From: an uncultured delta proteobacterium
GTDB lineage: Bacteria; Myxococcota_A; UBA9160; SZUA-336
Reading direction: 5' to 3'
Assembly (NCBI GenBank): GCA_963704165.1
Contig: CAVPHD010000003.1
Location: forward strand, 288,001-352,000
Length of the DNA stretch: 64,000 nt
Shown here: positions 60,794 through 64,000 of the stretch, piece after piece
Position numbering within the stretch: the stretch's first letter is position 1
How the letters are laid out: the number at the start of each line of letters is the position of its first letter
The notes under the pieces: model-generated
Databases searched by the model: none
The model's input: the letters and a program-made list of their open reading frames with translations, nothing else
What the model was told of the DNA's origin: nothing
Position numbers and translations under genes: made by a program

Positions 60794-60832
60794 GGAAACA
60801 CGCCCAGCGCCATCGCGTGGGTATACTAATAC

Positions 60833-61837
60833 ATGGACCGGGTTGGAAAAAACACGAAACTGCGATGCCCTCGCTGCCGAGCGATGCTCGGTAGCGAGGG
60901 GGAGTTCTTGGTGTGTGCAGAGCGGACCTGTCGATTGCAGTATCCGATGGTTGGCGGCGTTCCGGTCCTGATAGACGAACGCGTGAGCATCTTCCGGATC
61001 GCGGACTACACAACGCAGGCTCTCGCAAAGCCCCCACAGTCACCGTTGCACTCGTTTGCGCTCCGCGCGCTTCCGAGCCTCGACCTCAATGGAGCCGCAG
61101 AGCGAAACGCAACCCTCATACGTGAGGAGCTGTTCGAACGCACAGAGCGACCCGAGATGCTCAACATCGGAGGAAAGCACCCGAGGGCCGCGCTAGCCGC
61201 CCTGAGACGAGATGCGCGCATCGACTGCACCGAATCTGACAGCATCCCGGGTCCCGGCGTCGCTGTCATCGCCGACGCACGGGCCCTGCCATTTGCCGAC
61301 TCGTCTTTCGATCTCGTCGTCCTCGACGGCGTCTTGGAGCACAGCGTCGATCCGCCGGGGATCGTAGACGAAGTCCACCGAGTTCTCCGACCTGGTGGTT
61401 TGGTCTACGCTGACACGCCGTTCATGCTGCCAGTGCACGGTGGTGCTTACGACTTCGGCCGGTTTTCGTCGCTCGCGCATCGTCGATTGTTTGCGCGCTT
61501 CCGCCAGATATCTGCTGGAGTCTCGTCGGGACCCGCCGCGGCGCTGGGCTACTCGATCCAGTCGGTACTGCTCACCTTGGCTCGCGGCCGGAAATCACGT
61601 TTCGCGCTGAAGGCACTCACCCGCTTCATGTTCTTCTGGATCAAATACCTCGATCTTGGGATCTCCTCACGGCCAGGCGCAATCGACGCGGCACTCGGCG
61701 TCTACTTCATCGGTGAGCGCGCGGAGGCTTCGATATCTGACCGAGATCTGCTCGATGCATATACGGGGAGCACCCCAAACCTGTACGCGCGTGCAGCGAG
61801 TACATGCGGACGGCGCGCAGGTGATTCCGGAGGATGA
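60833..61837 (+). CDS. Class I SAM methyltransferase with N-terminal Trm112-like Zn ribbon
   Basis: LRCPRC...C..TC..QYPMVGGVPVL; ADARALPFADSSFD, VLEH, HRVLRPGG. Confidence 0.85.
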   Translation: MDRVGKNTKLRCPRCRAMLGSEGEFLVCAERTCRLQYPMVGGVPVLIDERVSIFRIADYTTQALAKPPQSPLHSFALRALPSLDLNGAAERNATLIREELFERTERPEMLNIGGKHPRAALAALRRDARIDCTESDSIPGPGVAVIADARALPFADSSFDLVVLDGVLEHSVDPPGIVDEVHRVLRPGGLVYADTPFMLPVHGGAYDFGRFSSLAHRRLFARFRQISAGVSSGPAAALGYSIQSVLLTLARGRKSRFALKALTRFMFFWIKYLDLGISSRPGAIDAALGVYFIGERAEASISDRDLLDAYTGSTPNLYARAASTCGRRAGDSGG

Positions 61838-62037
61838 GTGGGCTCGCTTCAGCGCTTGAAGCAATCGCTCGGAATCTAGGCAACCGAGACACCGCCGCGC
61901 CGGCGTTGAAACCGCATCCAAGGCGCTGATCGGCAGGGGCTGCGGAACAGATGCGTGCGCACCCCGAGAGCTGGGCGAGGCTCACGCATGCGAGCGGGTC
62001 AGTCAGAACCCCAGACGCGAGGCGATTCGCATTCGCA

Positions 62038-63357
62038 TCAGCTTCCGGCTTCTCGCTGGCGTCGGCCGCACCATGCGCAGAAGCGCCAGAAGACCTTCGT
62101 GACCGGAAAGCGGCAGCGCGGACAGCGGTCGGGGAGATCGGGGTGACTCCAGGGCCGACCGGGCTTCTGCTTGCAGATCGGGCAGTAGCGCATGAACGGG
62201 CGAAGCTGTCCGGCGCAGCCGCGACGCGTGCAGGTCCGCGTCGCGAGCGGGTCGGGGCGCGGCGGCCGGCCGTTTCCTTGGAAGCGCCCCTTCCAGCACC
62301 AGGGACAGCTCGTCCACTCGGGCAGCACGCCGCGCTCGCATTCGGGACAGATCAGCGGCGCTCGGGTGATCTCGGCGAACGAGTTGTCCTTCGCTCCGCA
62401 CCACGGGCAGACGCTCATCGCCTCCGCGATCGGGCCATTGCAGCGGCGGCAGTGGAAGCGCATCCCGAGCGCCCGCCCGTGACGGCGGCGGAAGAGCTCC
62501 ATGCCGACCGCGAACGGTGTCGGCGCCGGCGCTCGACTGCGGCGCCGGCGCGGGCGCTTCGCCGATTTCGCCTCCTCGACCCTGCGGAACGCGTTCTCGA
62601 GCGCGACGTGCAGCTCGACCGCCGACGGGTAGCGGTCGGCAGGATCGAACGCGCAGGCGCGGCGCAGCACCGGCCGTACCGGCTCGGGCACCTTCGAGGT
62701 GAACCGGTCGTGGCGTTCGGGTGGCCAGGGAAACGGCCAGGCCAGCAGGACACCCGTCAGGAGCTCGTAGGCGATCAGGCCCAACGAGAAGACGTCGCTC
62801 GCGAGCGTCGGCTTCCCGTACGCCTGCTCGGGCGCCATGTAGCCCATCGTGCCGGCCTCGGTGTAGCTGCGCGACTCGGGGCGGACGAAGCGCGACACGC
62901 CGAAGTCGGTGATCGCGGCGTGCCCGTCGGCGAAGATCAGCACGTTCTCGGGCTTCAGATCGCGGTGCATGAGCGAGAGCGAGTGCGCGTGCGCGAGCCC
63001 GGCGGCGACGTCGCGGACGATCCGCAGCGCCACGCGTCCCGAACGCCAGGCCGGGCCGTAGTCGTAGACGTGACCCTTGGCGAGCTCGCTCGCCATCACG
63101 AAACGGCCGTCGATCCAGTCGGCGTTGCGCGTGGCGACGATGTTCGGATGCGAGAGCCGGCAGGCGATGCGCGCCTCGGTCTCCATCGCCTCGCGCCCGA
63201 ACTCCTTCGTCACCCAGTCGAAGGCGATCTTCAGCGCGACGCGCCGACCCTCGACGGTGTCGCGCGAAGCCCAGACGTCGGAGAACGCTCCCTTCCCGAG
63301 CCGGCGCTCGAGGCGGTACTTGCCCAGGCGCGTGCCCTTCCGGAGAACTCCCGGCAA
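62038..63357 (-). CDS. Hanks-type Ser/Thr kinase with C-terminal multi-zinc-ribbon region
   Basis: LGKGAFS, VALK, HRDLKPEN, DFG, YMAPE; eight Cys pairs in the C-terminus. Confidence 0.92.
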   Translation of the reverse strand: MPGVLRKGTRLGKYRLERRLGKGAFSDVWASRDTVEGRRVALKIAFDWVTKEFGREAMETEARIACRLSHPNIVATRNADWIDGRFVMASELAKGHVYDYGPAWRSGRVALRIVRDVAAGLAHAHSLSLMHRDLKPENVLIFADGHAAITDFGVSRFVRPESRSYTEAGTMGYMAPEQAYGKPTLASDVFSLGLIAYELLTGVLLAWPFPWPPERHDRFTSKVPEPVRPVLRRACAFDPADRYPSAVELHVALENAFRRVEEAKSAKRPRRRRSRAPAPTPFAVGMELFRRRHGRALGMRFHCRRCNGPIAEAMSVCPWCGAKDNSFAEITRAPLICPECERGVLPEWTSCPWCWKGRFQGNGRPPRPDPLATRTCTRRGCAGQLRPFMRYCPICKQKPGRPWSHPDLPDRCPRCRFPVTKVFWRFCAWCGRRQREAGS

Positions 63358-63363
63358 ATCGGC

Positions 63364-63846
63364 CTAGCCGTAGATCAGGCGCGTCAGAAACTCGGCCACG
63401 CAGCCGGGCTTGGGCTCGCCCACGATCTCGACGGTGACCTTCTGCTTGAGCTGGATCGTGTTCGGCGCGACGAGCTCCGCCGCGACCAGCTCGCGCGTCG
63501 CGCGGACGCTCGAGTCCACCTTCACCGGCGCGGGAAAGCGAACCTTGTCGAGGCCGTAGTTCACGCCCATGACCACGCCGGAGTACGCCTCGGGGTCCGC
63601 GGGCGGAATGCTCGATTGCAGGAACGGCAGCAGCGAGAGGGTGAGGAAGCCGTGGGCGATCGTGACCTTGTACGGCGAGAGCTTCGCCGCCTTCTCCGGA
63701 TCGATGTGGATGAACTGGTGATCCCCGGTCGCGTCCGCGAACAGGTTGATCTGCGCCTGTTCGACCTTGTGCGGGGTGCTCGGTCCGTCCACCTTCCCGA
63801 TCTGGGTCTTGAAGCGCTCGAGCGCCGTCTCCGCCTTGCTTGCCAT
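63364..63846 (-). CDS. MaoC-family dehydratase
   Basis: FADATGDHQFIHID, TIAHGFLTLS, NYGLDKVRF; AGGAG RBS before ATG 63846. Confidence 0.92.
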   Translation of the reverse strand: MASKAETALERFKTQIGKVDGPSTPHKVEQAQINLFADATGDHQFIHIDPEKAAKLSPYKVTIAHGFLTLSLLPFLQSSIPPADPEAYSGVVMGVNYGLDKVRFPAPVKVDSSVRATRELVAAELVAPNTIQLKQKVTVEIVGEPKPGCVAEFLTRLIYG

Positions 63847-63904
63847 CGGTGTCTCCTTCGCGTCGGCAAACTCGTTATACACGAGCCGGGGTAGACTCGG
63901 CGAG

Positions 63905-64000
63905 ATGCCCGAGCCATCCGCACCCGCGTGCAGCGAAGCGAGCCTCGCGGTCGGCGAGCCGCTCGCCGGAACGGCCTCGGACGCGCCCTTCTTCGCGGCG
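63905..64000 (+). CDS. Start of a possible sucrase/ferredoxin-like protein (3' truncated by window edge)
   Basis: MPEPSAPACSEASLAVGEPLAGTA; CS...GEPLAGTA resembles that family's N-terminus; TAGACT -10 just upstream. Confidence 0.45.
   Translation, partial: MPEPSAPACSEASLAVGEPLAGTASDAPFFAA

Noticed and set aside
57970..62037. AT-richer block as a prophage or integrative element
   Set aside because: No integrase, transposase, tRNA or att-like direct repeat seen.
61838..62037. 200-bp intergenic gap as an ncRNA or terminator
   Set aside because: No recognisable RNA family or hairpin with U-tract; only a trivial ATTCGC tandem.

Overview
High-GC, densely coding bacterial window (probably Myxococcota/delta-proteobacterial type; taxonomy is inference). 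No rRNA, tRNA, CRISPR, integrase or IS element was recognised. 1-46 kb is mostly core and lipid-catabolic: three HtrA/DegP proteases, galK, acyl-CoA dehydrogenases, enoyl-CoA hydratase, an alkyl-DHAP-synthase-like flavoprotein, PlsC, CoA transferase, mpg-hemE-hemY, a PsrA-like TetR with an RND pump and a visible operator, a cytochrome c5 plus Tat flavo-oxidase pair, DUF35/thiolase and ilvD. The most unusual part is 46-62 kb. It holds a translationally coupled minus-strand operon: an AsnB-like amidotransferase, an MMPL/RND transporter fused to a PilZ-like barrel and a FeeM/LuxI-like N-acyltransferase, and a multi-TM PDZ/GAF sensor kinase. This operon is divergent from a LolA-like + DUF1302-type outer-membrane pair, convergent with a REC-HK-REC hybrid kinase, and flanked by a more AT-rich GT4 / B12-radical-SAM / methyltransferase block. 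I read it as a candidate 'make-export-sense' acyl-amide signal or lipid system (hypothesis). Many genes carry single-base indels, several in homopolymers, which look like long-read assembly errors rather than pseudogenisation. All family calls come from motif recognition by eye, not from database searches.
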